Shown piece by piece: positions 10,060-19,858 of a stretch of 64,000 nucleotides of DNA. The translations under genes were made by a program, and so were the position numbers. Below the pieces are notes generated by a model. That model was not told where the DNA came from and searched no databases. It saw only the letters and a list, made by a program, of their open reading frames with translations. This stretch comes from an uncultured delta proteobacterium. Lineage in GTDB: Bacteria; Desulfobacterota; Desulfomonilia; UBA1062. The first letter of the stretch is position 1, and each line of letters starts with the position of its first letter. The stretch spans positions 561,143-625,142 of the forward strand of contig CAWAUM010000005.1 of NCBI GenBank assembly GCA_963785235.1, written 5' to 3'.

Positions 10060-10517
10060 TGTCGAGATGTTTTACAATCACTGGATAAAATAGATCATGA
10101 GGAACTCAAAGATATTATTAATCTCATCTGACTCATCTGAGTTCTAAACTGTCGGTCAATTTTACAAATTATCCAGCACATCCTCCCAAAATATTGCCAG
10201 ATGTTAATAAAATAAGACAGTTACATTGGTTGGAATAATACATGCCAGAATTTCATTCAAGAAACAACAAGCCTATGAGGATGAGCCAATGAAAGAAAGG
10301 AACCATAGAGGTCAGTTCCTGATAGTAAATAAAGTCTCAAACTGTCGATAAATTTTACAGCGCACACCATAAGAAATCATTAGTAAAATAAGCATAATAT
10401 ACTGAGTCATAAATTTGAGCTGTCGGTTTGCTTAACATTTCGTCAACATCATTTTGCCCACTTATGATAAATAACCTTTAAATTATAAAGGTTATTGAAT
10501 GTGGCATGATTTATGAA
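10060..10517 (+). promoter_or_regulatory. Four TGT-N11-ACA enhancer-like boxes and a sigma54-like -24 element upstream of the PEP-CTERM gene
   Basis: TGTCGAGATGTTTTACA 10060, TGTCGGTCAATTTTACA 10150, TGTCGATAAATTTTACA 10343, TGTCGGTTTGCTTAACA 10421; TGGCATGATTTATGA at 10502 (imperfect -12). Confidence 0.6.
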
Positions 10518-10743
10518 TAAAAATATTTTCTATGAATTGTATCGAGATACATCAGAACTGCTTTTTCGTGGCAAATCAATCACGAGTATCTCTTTTAAAA
10601 AATGTAGAGATGAGGCCAGTGATGAGGTATCCGCTGAAATTAAGCCAGGTTCACTCCCGGTAGGTAGAATGTTACGATCATACCGGGAGTTCAATCTTCT
10701 GTAAATCAATGAAGATCACTATTAATATAAGGAGGTTCGATAC

Positions 10744-11427
10744 ATGAAAAAAATGTTAGAGGTTTTTCTGATAATCTTTCTTGTCGTGGGTGTTGCAATG
10801 CCTGCATCTGCCAACCTCATACAGAATGCAAGCTTTGAGAATTGGAATAGCAGTAGTGATTTCACAAACTGGAATGAATACGGGGGTGTTGGAGTAGATT
10901 CGGGGGGTCTTGCCCGTACTGGCAGCTACGCAGCATATCTTTTGGATCCTGATGAGATTTCTGATAACAGCGGCGTTGTTTCCGACAAATTCAACATCAC
11001 TGAAATGGGCACATACCAGTATGGTGCATGGTTTCGTTATTTAACCCTAGATGATCCTACAGTCGAGTACAACAACGACAGAACTGGGGTTACAACCAAT
11101 ATCTACTTTTCTGCTGGTGGTGCTACGTATCCAAATTTAATCTACGATATCTCAGGTGCTCCAGGGATGTCCTGGACAGACATAGGTTGGGGATATTTAA
11201 GTAATTGGATTTTCATGGGGGGAACTTTTGAAGTCTCTCAGGCGATCCTCAATGGAGAGCTGAATATCTACCTGCAGAACTGGGATCCTTTACTTTCTGT
11301 TGTCATTGTTGATGATGCCATAGTTGAAAGAATTCCTGATGCACCAGTTCCTGAACCAGCCACAATGCTTCTGCTGGGTACAGGAATCATTGGGATTGCA
11401 GGGTTCAGAAGGAGGTTTAGGAAGTAG
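10744..11427 (+). CDS. PEP-CTERM exosortase-sorted surface protein
   Basis: Signal peptide, NLIQNASFE beta-sandwich-type start, C-terminal VPEPATMLLLGTGIIGIAGFRRRFRK. Confidence 0.93.
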   Translation: MKKMLEVFLIIFLVVGVAMPASANLIQNASFENWNSSSDFTNWNEYGGVGVDSGGLARTGSYAAYLLDPDEISDNSGVVSDKFNITEMGTYQYGAWFRYLTLDDPTVEYNNDRTGVTTNIYFSAGGATYPNLIYDISGAPGMSWTDIGWGYLSNWIFMGGTFEVSQAILNGELNIYLQNWDPLLSVVIVDDAIVERIPDAPVPEPATMLLLGTGIIGIAGFRRRFRK

Positions 11428-11446
11428 AGTTCACCTAAATGATGTG

Positions 11447-11481
11447 AGAAAGGCAGGGTCAGTCAAAGCCCTGCCTTTTTA
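11447..11481 (+). terminator. Rho-independent terminator
   Basis: AAAGGCAGGG-TCAGTCAAAG-CCCTGCCTTTT. Confidence 0.75.
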
Positions 11482-11762
11482 TTTCATACCCAGGAAATTC
11501 AATAGTGTTGATTCCTGCGAAACAATCTTGACACCACCAAAACCAAAGATTATGTCTCGAAAGCTATGAAGATATTGATTGCCGATAAAGTGTAACTTTC
11601 GTGCCACAGGACACGGTCTGATATGAAGGGCCTTGCAGCATATGTTCCGAACCAAGATCATCGGTTTTTGGCCATTGCGAAAGCACCAACTTATCACAGG
11701 GATCTATGGTTCAGAATCTGATATTTGGACCAACAATTATTTGGAGATCATAGCTATGGAGT

Positions 11763-12020
11763 CTATCGTTGTTTTTGCCTCCAATAGCTGTTGTAATGCG
11801 TAGGGCAACTGCATACTTTACTGAAGCCAATACTTGCTCGATACGGACATTCTTCATTTATTTTAGATTTCAAGAATAAGACATAAGGTCCATTAGCATA
11901 GCTAACTTCACACATCTCACGTTCGCCACACTTGCCAGATTCAAGGCAGGAGAATTCGTGTTGACACTTCGTTGTTAGGGTTAAGATCTCTTTAGGGACA
12001 TAGATAGACATATTTACCAT
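11763..12020 (-). CDS. Small Cys-rich hypothetical protein
   Basis: 85 aa with 7 Cys (CQHEFSC, C....C, CPY, CSCP); G-rich RBS. Confidence 0.6.
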   Translation of the reverse strand: MVNMSIYVPKEILTLTTKCQHEFSCLESGKCGEREMCEVSYANGPYVLFLKSKINEECPYRASIGFSKVCSCPTHYNSYWRQKQR

Positions 12021-12474
12021 CCCCCTTTTCTTACTTTTCTCTGTTAAGTATTATCTTTAAAACACCAGGTAAAACCAATCCGGCAAATTTGCCTCCCTTC
12101 ATTTATAATTTTGACATAAACCTTCTGAATCTAGGGGTTCATAGTGGTGTAATGAAAACAAAAAGGCATACAAGGAATCATTCAAAAGAGACACTCAATA
12201 GCATCAACAAAGAATCTATATGCAAATAATTAGACTTCTTAAAAATACTCGGTCACCATGAAAATCAATAGCAAGGGTTGAAATAAAATACGAAAGTATA
12301 GCCATAGGGAGAACCATAGATTTCGCGCCAGGATCGGTACTTTATCCTCTAGCCTGAAAGGCATAGATCTCGTTACAGATCCAATACACACTCATTAGAA
12401 GCGCTCTAGCCAAAAAAACTAAGTTCTTTTAGATTGTGAACCGCATTTCCTCAAATTCCATCTATTAAGTAAGC

Positions 12475-12816
12475 ATGAGGAAAATACTGTTAGTAAGTGA
12501 TGATAAACGCACCCAGCTACTTCTCAATGAAGAGTTTGAAGATGGGTATCAAGTATTGACTGTGTCTAATAGGAAAGAAGCGCTTTCCCTATTAGCAAAA
12601 AATTCTAAAAAGCCAGACCTCGTTATCCTTGATCTCAGCGTACCTGAAAAAAGTAGGATTGATACTCTTGGCCATATATTAAAGCAAAAGTTTAAATTAC
12701 CCGTGATTATATTTCCAGCTTATAGCATCTTTAGGAAAGACACATTGAGAACAGAAATTGATACATACAGGGTTAGATCTTCAGATATTTCGGCGCTAAG
12801 AAAAAAAGGTCCATGA
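12475..12816 (+). CDS. Stand-alone receiver domain, degenerate
   Basis: KILLVSDD and PDLVILD present; conserved Thr/Ser and Lys appear replaced (IFPAY, VRSSD). Confidence 0.7.
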   Translation: MRKILLVSDDKRTQLLLNEEFEDGYQVLTVSNRKEALSLLAKNSKKPDLVILDLSVPEKSRIDTLGHILKQKFKLPVIIFPAYSIFRKDTLRTEIDTYRVRSSDISALRKKGP

Positions 12817-13448
12817 CCTGATATAGAGCTGAAGTGTAGATCATGTGTCATACCTGACACTCATATCTGGCCTGATTTCATTATAGATTATATTTTGAGA
12901 TTATCTGTTTTCAGTCCTTACAAAAGTGTCCGTCTATCGCAGGGATCAACGCTATAGGCAAACCGATGATTATGGTTAAAAGCATTCAGTAATCAGAAAC
13001 CACTGTTCATGGCAGAGACTGTTGCCCATTAAAAGGTTCTGTCAATGAGAAAATAGTTCTCCCATTACAAGAGCCGTTATCTCTTGCAGAGTTTACCATT
13101 GCGCCAGCACGGACGATTCTCCTTCTCTCCGATCTCGCATCAGTTATTTCTTTTTCTTGGTTACGATTCATTTATCCTGAACCGCACCAGTCACCCATCG
13201 GGATCAAGGTTGCCAGGTATGGCTGTTGCGAAGCGGAGAGACATAAGGAATCTCGGAGCGAAGAAACAGCCATACCTGCGTAACCCCTGGCCTGATATCC
13301 AGGCCCCAGAAAATCGTCTGTTCCCTGGTATGTCCAACTTATTTCTCAAAACCCTTGGCTCTATGTCCAAACTCGTATGGTTCATATCAGAGGCGGATCA
13401 GAAAGTGATTATCCTTCCCTGCTGAATAATCTTAAATTTAGAGGCATA

Positions 13449-13510
13449 GGGTGGTGGATCAATCAAAAAACAGTGGTTGTCGGCCAACAGTCTCCCCGAA
13501 CTCACCACCC
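13449..13510 (-). ncRNA. Putative bridge/seek RNA target-binding loop (part of a longer ncRNA in 13025-13518)
   Basis: 8-bp stem GGGTGGTG/CACCACCC enclosing two exact 10-nt matches to the two insertion junctions (13485-13494 vs 13015-13024; 13462-13471 vs 14615-14624). Confidence 0.8.
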
Positions 13511-13518
13511 CAGCCATT

Positions 13519-14544
13519 CTATGAGAACAAGGCCTCCTCCTTGAAAGGAACCTGATCTCTCATGATGTAATAGCAAGCACGGGAAAGCTTGTTTGCCAGT
13601 GCCTTCCTCGCAATAATAGGATTCGTTTCCCGTGACTTGCGCTGATAGTACGCATTTGCCCGTTCACTGTAGATTCTGGAAAAATTACTAGCTTCCATAA
13701 ATGCCCAGGCCAGATACTTGTTCCCGTTCTTTTTGTTGCCAACCCCTTTCTTCTTTCCATTGCTGGTGTGCACACTGGAGACACACCTGCAGTACGAGGA
13801 AAAATTGCCAACACTAGGGAATCGGGATATATTCCCTACCTCCAGCATGATGGTCATCGCCAGGATATCTCCGATACCGATGACAGTAAGCAGATTCTCA
13901 AACCCAGAGCGTATCTTTAAAACCTTCCGCACTGCCTTTTCTATGCTCGTTATGTGGTGGCCCAGGAAATCAACGATGTTCGTACTCACCTTCCCAGAGA
14001 ACAACAGATGTTCGTCGGTGAAGATCTTCTTCAAATCATCAGGGCACAGCTTCTTGATCCCTGCTCCATTTATTCGCATCCCCGTGTTCCGTTCAATCAT
14101 TGATTGGCATGAGAGGAGATTGGCTGTCCTGTGCCGCATCAAAAACGCTCTCTTCCTCAGCAGATCTCTTACCGGTCTGTCTTCCTTGGGGTAGATGTAC
14201 CCTTCTGGTAGAATACCAAGGATCAGAAGTTGAGCTAGCCAGAATGCATCATGACGGTCGTCTTTATACTTGATCCCTTCATATTGTTTGATCGCTGACG
14301 GATTCGCTAAATGTAAGCAACCATATCCCGCTTCCATCAACCCGTCGACCAGCCAGTACCAGTTGTATGTGCTCTCAACAACGATCCCCTTCACCTCATC
14401 ATGGTAAGGCTCCAACGCCTGTAGTATCTCACCAAGGTCATTATTGTGCCTATTCTGGTAAACCCTTCTTTTCGATTCACCTTCCATGATTCCCATGTAT
14501 GTGTTCCTTGAATGCAGATCCAACCCAACATACAGCTCTCCCAT
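13519..14544 (-). CDS. IS110-family DEDD recombinase/transposase
   Basis: YVGLDLH, VVEST, KDDRHDA (DEDD), GIGDILA, ISRF, TSNGK, GNKYL, ALANKL. Confidence 0.95.
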   Translation of the reverse strand: MGELYVGLDLHSRNTYMGIMEGESKRRVYQNRHNNDLGEILQALEPYHDEVKGIVVESTYNWYWLVDGLMEAGYGCLHLANPSAIKQYEGIKYKDDRHDAFWLAQLLILGILPEGYIYPKEDRPVRDLLRKRAFLMRHRTANLLSCQSMIERNTGMRINGAGIKKLCPDDLKKIFTDEHLLFSGKVSTNIVDFLGHHITSIEKAVRKVLKIRSGFENLLTVIGIGDILAMTIMLEVGNISRFPSVGNFSSYCRCVSSVHTSNGKKKGVGNKKNGNKYLAWAFMEASNFSRIYSERANAYYQRKSRETNPIIARKALANKLSRACYYIMRDQVPFKEEALFS

Positions 14545-14833
14545 AAGATGCCTCCTCTTTCTTTTTATCCGTTAACGGCTCTTATGATTTGTAGAGTGAA
14601 CCTTTTAGATGGCTATCAAAAAACCTTCACAGGATGGAACGTGATAAAAATCGACATCATAGAATGCTCTACGATGGAAGATCTTTTATCGGGGCTTGTG
14701 TTTTGATGGTTTAAATTTGGTGGTTTTTGAGATCGCCGGACTTTTTCAACAGACTCGCATGTAACATATATTCATACTGTAAATTATCTATACTAATACC
14801 CATTGTGTTTATGAGTATGTCTTGAGTATTCCA

Positions 14834-15505
14834 TTAAAGCAGCATGAAAGGGCTCATGGGCAACCATTTTTTCTTCCATCCATCAGAGGCGATCTGTTTA
14901 GTCAAAGCTGGAGGTATCTTTTTTGAAATAACAGCCCTTTCTGCAGGAGGAAGGTTATATAAGAGGAAAGGAACCACAAGATAATCCGGTACTGCGTGCT
15001 TGTGGATATATTCATTGAAGATTCTGCTAAGCCTTGTCTGTTCTCCATATCCGATTGCCATATCTATTTTGTCAGTGGTGAAATACTTTTCTTCAACCTC
15101 TATATGAGGATGCCATTTCTCTTTAGTGTCACCCAATTTTCTATTTAAGACTCCAAGGTGTTCTCCAAAGCTCCTACTTGACATCGGTTCTTCCATGGTT
15201 TTCACAATGCTATCAAGGTCATTCATCATATCCTGATGCTGCGTTCTCAGCATATCAAATGGTACTTCAGGCATTCTGTATTTCAGATATGGATATACGA
15301 TCTTGTCTTCGAGATGATGGTGACCGTTCATTACTGAGATGAGGCTTTTCACATAACTGATAAATCCCCTGTTTTTTGATTCATTGATATGTCTTGCCAG
15401 GCTGGAAGAATGACTGTATCCAAGAGCAACATAGAGACCTCGTGTAATCACAGAATGGATACGGATCAGGTCTTTTCCGATATCTGGTGTGTCACTAATG
15501 AACAT
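14834..15505 (-). CDS. Hemerythrin-domain protein
   Basis: IH, HHHLED, QH, HIEVEE metal-binding pattern. Confidence 0.82.
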   Translation of the reverse strand: MFISDTPDIGKDLIRIHSVITRGLYVALGYSHSSSLARHINESKNRGFISYVKSLISVMNGHHHLEDKIVYPYLKYRMPEVPFDMLRTQHQDMMNDLDSIVKTMEEPMSSRSFGEHLGVLNRKLGDTKEKWHPHIEVEEKYFTTDKIDMAIGYGEQTRLSRIFNEYIHKHAVPDYLVVPFLLYNLPPAERAVISKKIPPALTKQIASDGWKKKWLPMSPFMLL

Positions 15506-15515
15506 ACTCTCTCCT

Positions 15516-15857
15516 TCATTCAGTTCTATCAACCTGTTCATTACTTAATAAGATCTTGGTAACCCGCATCAGTGACATTTTTGATTTTACAGCACTATTA
15601 AGCACCTCATATTCATGCCTACTTATAGGTCTGATCCTATCTTTTATCTGAAATTGGTTTGTACGAAAGCAGTACGGACAGGTTACATCGACTGCTGTAA
15701 TGTCATAGCTCAATCCCGCCCCTTCCTTCTGTAGATAAGACATGCCATTGGATGGGATAGTGGAGGAGTTGAATGACTCGACTGGAATGATTTCGTTGCA
15801 TCCAGGATAACGACATTTGAAAACATGATAATTGCGATTATTTTCAATACTATTCAT
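15516..15857 (-). CDS. Zinc-ribbon hypothetical protein
   Basis: CRYPGC ... CPYC pairs; G-rich RBS. Confidence 0.6.
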   Translation of the reverse strand: MNSIENNRNYHVFKCRYPGCNEIIPVESFNSSTIPSNGMSYLQKEGAGLSYDITAVDVTCPYCFRTNQFQIKDRIRPISRHEYEVLNSAVKSKMSLMRVTKILLSNEQVDRTE

Positions 15858-15926
15858 AACCCCCCCCCTTCTGTGTGTTGAAGGCCCAGTAACCATCTTT
15901 TTAACCTTCCAGTTTCACCGACAGTA

Positions 15927-15942
15927 TTCAATAGGTGTGCCA
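15927..15942 (-). promoter_or_regulatory. Sigma54-like promoter
   Basis: Minus strand TGGCAC-ACCTA-TTGAA (-24/-12 spacing correct, GC->GA at -12). Confidence 0.55.
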
Positions 15943-16230
15943 GCCACCTCTATTTATTCAGAATTAATGATATCAACATATTAGAGGAGTCCAGAATAAA
16001 CTGTGGTCCTGGACTATGAAGTTTTTGTCTTGTCGCATAGGATTGATCCTGTGATTCAGGAAAGCCAGACTGTTCTCTTCAGGCTTATGACGATAAGTGA
16101 GCACTTCTTAAGGAACACATATTAGATCAATTCAACTTGCTTGGGGTCATCATTTTAATACTAATGAAATCTAAGTATATTTCGTATTCTGTGGTTTGAT
16201 CTTTATTGCGGAATATCATGATAAAAATGA

Positions 16231-16611
16231 TTAGCAGGCTAATACGCTCTGAATAGCTTCTGCTAATTCGGATCTTGAAAATGGCTTAGGCAGGAATCTC
16301 TGAACGCCTATCCCTTCACTGTCAAGTTCCTGCAAAACCTCTTCCGAGCCAGAACAGAGTATCACAGGTATGTCTTCCCGTATCTTGCGTGCAAGGGTCA
16401 CAAGCTCATGTCCTTTTAACCCAGGCATGAATTGATCAGTGATAATAATATGAAATTTATCCGGTTCTTCACGAAATAAATTGATTGCTTCATCTGGGTT
16501 GATGGTAGAGGTCACATTGTAACCAAGATGTTCAAGAAGCCGACTGATACTTCGCAGGTCTGACCAGTTATCATCTACAAGTAAGATATGCTTCGTTCGT
16601 AGTCCGTTCAT
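16231..16611 (-). CDS. Response regulator receiver protein
   Basis: ILLVDD, IIITDQFMPG, CSG, LPKPF. Confidence 0.92.
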   Translation of the reverse strand: MNGLRTKHILLVDDNWSDLRSISRLLEHLGYNVTSTINPDEAINLFREEPDKFHIIITDQFMPGLKGHELVTLARKIREDIPVILCSGSEEVLQELDSEGIGVQRFLPKPFSRSELAEAIQSVLAC

Positions 16612-16633
16612 TTGGAAATATTATGTTAAGTTT

Positions 16634-19600
16634 CTAACTCAAAGAATCAAGGTGTAATGGGAAAAATATCTCGAACCGGGTTCCCTTTCCTACCTCGCTA
16701 TATACCAGCATGGAGCTTTGGGAATTCTTGACAACTGAATAAACGATAGCAAGGCCCAGCCCGGTGCCTTCTGCTTTCCTCGTCGTAAAGAATGGATCGA
16801 ATATGTCCCCCATAATCTCCGGTTTAATCCCAGACCCAGTATCGCTGACAGTGAGCTTCATGTACTTTCCAGGATTAAGATCATTGCCAATGGCGGGAGT
16901 CGCTTGTGTAATCTCAGTCTCATCGAGCGACACATCCAGAGTCCCACCCTTGCGACTCATAGCCTGTGCTGCATTTGTGCAGAGATTGAGAACCAGTTGA
17001 TTGATCTGAGTTGAATCAGCATTTACCAGATAGCCATTCATAGTTATATCGTCATGAAGATTGATATTGGGTGAGAGCGTTTGCTTGACAAGTTTCAAGG
17101 CTTTATGGACAACCTGACTAATTGGAATGGGCTTGAGTATCGGATTCAGGCTTGAGCCGAAAGACTTGATCTGCTTGATTAGGGTTCTACCAAGCTGTGC
17201 TGCATCGATTATCTGATCAAGATACTCCCTCTCTTGTGTCCCTGCTGGAAGCTTATCTGATATCATCTCTGAGTTGAGGAGTATCGGCTGGAGTATGTTA
17301 TTCAGATCATGGGCTATACCCCCTGCCAACTTGCCCAGGGCTTCCATTCTCTGGGCTTGTATAAGCTGGACCTCAAGCCTATTCCTTTCTTCTTCAGAAT
17401 GTAAACGTTCAATCATTTCCTTATGAAGTTGTAAGTTCGTATCTTCTAGTTCATTTGTTCGTTGCATAATTAGTTCTTCCAGGTGCTCACGGTAACTTTT
17501 CAAATCCTCCTCAGCCTGCTTGCGTTTGGTGATGTCTGTAAGCATGGATAGAGTACCTTTGAAATGACCTTCAGAGTCATACATGGGTATGGCATTGGAT
17601 ATCACCCATAGAATGGAACCATTTTTCTGATGAAGCTTAAATTCTTCATGTGTTCCTTTCCCTGCTTTCAGTTTTTCTCTGACCTTTAGTGCAAGTCGTT
17701 CTTGATCCTCATCTAAAAATTCTGATGGGGCTCTGCCAATCATTTCCTCTATTGTACAACCAAGCATATCTGCCATTCTCTGATTAATTAATATGGTTTT
17801 CCTCTCAGTATCTGTGATCCAGATACCTTCGTTTGCAGTCTCTACAATTGTGCGGTACTTTTCCTCGCTCTCACGGAGTGCCTCTCCAGTCTGTATCAGC
17901 TCAGTGACATTCCTAAAATACCCGATCAGGCCATCGATCTGGCCCTGCGCATCAAATTTTGGAATATACGATCCGTTGAAAAATTGTTGGCCTCCTTGGG
18001 TAGAAGACACAGGCATCTCCAGATGTATAGATTTGCCTGTCTCCAGGACCTGTCGCTTGATTTTTGTGAGGGATTCCGCATCTTTCTTCGTTAAGATATC
18101 AAAATCGGTTTTACCTATCATATCCTGTTCCGACAGACCCAGTTGAGGATTTACTACAAATGTATAGCGCAATTCACGGTCCTGTAACATGATATGGTCA
18201 GGGGTACTGGATGTGATCGCCTTGAACCGCTCCTCGCTCTCCCGCAAGGACTCCTCTGCTTGCTTGCGTTCGGTGATGTCCATGAATATAACAGCAAACT
18301 GGCCCTGTATCGGGCGATAGGCATAGACATCATAGTGTCTCTTGAGCACTGGAGAATAGTTGTCGAATTGAACTGGATTACCCGTTAGGGCTACCTTGCC
18401 ATAGATTTGTAACCACTTGGGGTCATCATTGGGTAAGATATCATTATGTCTTTGGCCTACGACCTTCTCTCGTTTAAGGCCAGTCTGTTGTTCAAATGCT
18501 GGATTGATCTCCAGAAAGCGCCAATCGCAGGGATGGCCCTGGTCATCCAGGATGATCTCATGCAAGGCGAAGCCTTCGGTCATTCCGGTGAATAACGACT
18601 GATACTGTTCTTTACTCTGCAGTAACGCCTCCTCGGATTGCTTACGTTCAGTGACGTCCCGGATAATGATCTGAACAGCAGGCTCACCCTGTAAATTTAC
18701 AATGCTGCCTACGGTCTCAACCGGAGTTACTCGGCCGTCCAAGCTCATCATCCTGGTTTCCCGCAATGGAACTCTCTGTTCCACCAGTGCCAGTTGCATC
18801 CGGGCTTTTATTGCATCACGGTCATCAGGATGAATTAAGTCAGGAACCGTTTTAGCCTGAAGTTGTTCGAGCGAATCTGCGCCGTACATTTTTAGAGCAA
18901 CAGAATTTGCATAGAGAAATCTTCCATTACGGTGAACGATAACACCATCCGGTGATGACTCTACGAGTGACCGATAGCGTGCTTCACTTTCACGGAGCGC
19001 CTTCTCCAGTGGCAAAATCCAGGTACCACTTTGTCTTACTGAAGAGATTGTGGCAATCAATAGGTACACTCCACCAAGATACTGTGAAAATCTACTGGTC
19101 CAGTTCAAAGGACTACCGAATTTTGTTTGCAATGAGACACCTAAAAGACCAACTACTATCAACCCAAAGCCTAAAGTACACCAATAATAAAAATTCGACT
19201 TGCTTGATCCATAGTTAAACCTCAGTAAAATGGCAGAAGCTGTGAATAACCCCGCAGTGGTCCACAGGGTCAGAAGGTTGTATATAGTTGCGCCATGGCC
19301 ATCAATAAAAAAAACCGGCAGCAGTTCATTGCGGACTGCCATTACGAAGATAGACTCGATCACCATGATTCCAAGATAAAAAGTCAGCAAAACGGGCCAT
19401 CCGGACCTCAGTCTCCACGGTTTAACTGACCCTCCCTCAAGGGCGCTGATCGTGATGCAGAGTCCTGCTAGGAATGCAGATAGATTGTAAACAGTAACCG
19501 TCCAGTTTGGACCGGGTTTACCAAGGGGCAGGGCTCCAAGCGCTCCACCCAAACCCAAGGCCAGCATTCCACAACCAAACAGAAGGAAAAAACTGGTATG

Positions 19601-19858
19601 AGTTCCTAAATAGCTCCTTGCTGCCAACAAAGACACGAGGAATGTGATTATTGTCAGGAAGGTAATATTCAGGACTTTAAGAAGGTTGGGAGGATTCCAG
19701 ACAACTTCTATAGGAATGAAGGCTAAGGCTATGATAGTGATAAAAAAAATAACTACAGGCAGCCAGGCTATGCTTTGGATTAAACTTGTGAGAGATTGTG
19801 ATGAATGAGATACTTGAGAGTCTCTGGCCTTTGCTTCTCGCCGATCGACCCCAATCAT
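16634..19858 (-). CDS. Membrane-anchored multi-PAS sensor histidine kinase
   Basis: Multi-TM N-terminus, four PAS/PAC repeats (RDVTERK, MDITERK, RNVTE, TDITKRK), GGIAHDLNN H-box, NLCTNA, DTGSGI, FFTT, GTGLGL. Confidence 0.95.
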   Translation of the reverse strand: MIGVDRREAKARDSQVSHSSQSLTSLIQSIAWLPVVIFFITIIALAFIPIEVVWNPPNLLKVLNITFLTIITFLVSLLAARSYLGTHTSFFLLFGCGMLALGLGGALGALPLGKPGPNWTVTVYNLSAFLAGLCITISALEGGSVKPWRLRSGWPVLLTFYLGIMVIESIFVMAVRNELLPVFFIDGHGATIYNLLTLWTTAGLFTASAILLRFNYGSSKSNFYYWCTLGFGLIVVGLLGVSLQTKFGSPLNWTSRFSQYLGGVYLLIATISSVRQSGTWILPLEKALRESEARYRSLVESSPDGVIVHRNGRFLYANSVALKMYGADSLEQLQAKTVPDLIHPDDRDAIKARMQLALVEQRVPLRETRMMSLDGRVTPVETVGSIVNLQGEPAVQIIIRDVTERKQSEEALLQSKEQYQSLFTGMTEGFALHEIILDDQGHPCDWRFLEINPAFEQQTGLKREKVVGQRHNDILPNDDPKWLQIYGKVALTGNPVQFDNYSPVLKRHYDVYAYRPIQGQFAVIFMDITERKQAEESLRESEERFKAITSSTPDHIMLQDRELRYTFVVNPQLGLSEQDMIGKTDFDILTKKDAESLTKIKRQVLETGKSIHLEMPVSSTQGGQQFFNGSYIPKFDAQGQIDGLIGYFRNVTELIQTGEALRESEEKYRTIVETANEGIWITDTERKTILINQRMADMLGCTIEEMIGRAPSEFLDEDQERLALKVREKLKAGKGTHEEFKLHQKNGSILWVISNAIPMYDSEGHFKGTLSMLTDITKRKQAEEDLKSYREHLEELIMQRTNELEDTNLQLHKEMIERLHSEEERNRLEVQLIQAQRMEALGKLAGGIAHDLNNILQPILLNSEMISDKLPAGTQEREYLDQIIDAAQLGRTLIKQIKSFGSSLNPILKPIPISQVVHKALKLVKQTLSPNINLHDDITMNGYLVNADSTQINQLVLNLCTNAAQAMSRKGGTLDVSLDETEITQATPAIGNDLNPGKYMKLTVSDTGSGIKPEIMGDIFDPFFTTRKAEGTGLGLAIVYSVVKNSQSSMLVYSEVGKGTRFEIFFPLHLDSLS

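Larger units (their letters stand above)
13025..14617 (-). mobile_element. IS110-family element with IS1111-type layout (ends +/- 3 bp)
   Basis: Subterminal IRs TAAAAGGTTC (13030-13039) / GAACCTTTTA (14598-14607); second IR AAGAGCCGTTA (13069-13079) / TAACGGCTCTT (14573-14583); short upstream end, ~490-bp downstream non-coding end; outward TTGACA at 13040-13045. Confidence 0.87.
13015..14756. mobile_element. IS1182-type MITE (~149 bp) interrupted by an IS110-family element
   Basis: Left end GAGACTGTTG (13015-13024) continues as AAAAAACC at 14618; right end GACTTTTTCAACAGACTC ends 14756; GCA flanks at 13012-13014 and 14757-14759. Confidence 0.8.

Noticed and set aside
13084-13425. ORFs inside the IS110 downstream end
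   Set aside because: No recognisable motifs; the region is better explained as the non-coding RNA end (14-bp stem 13214-13278)
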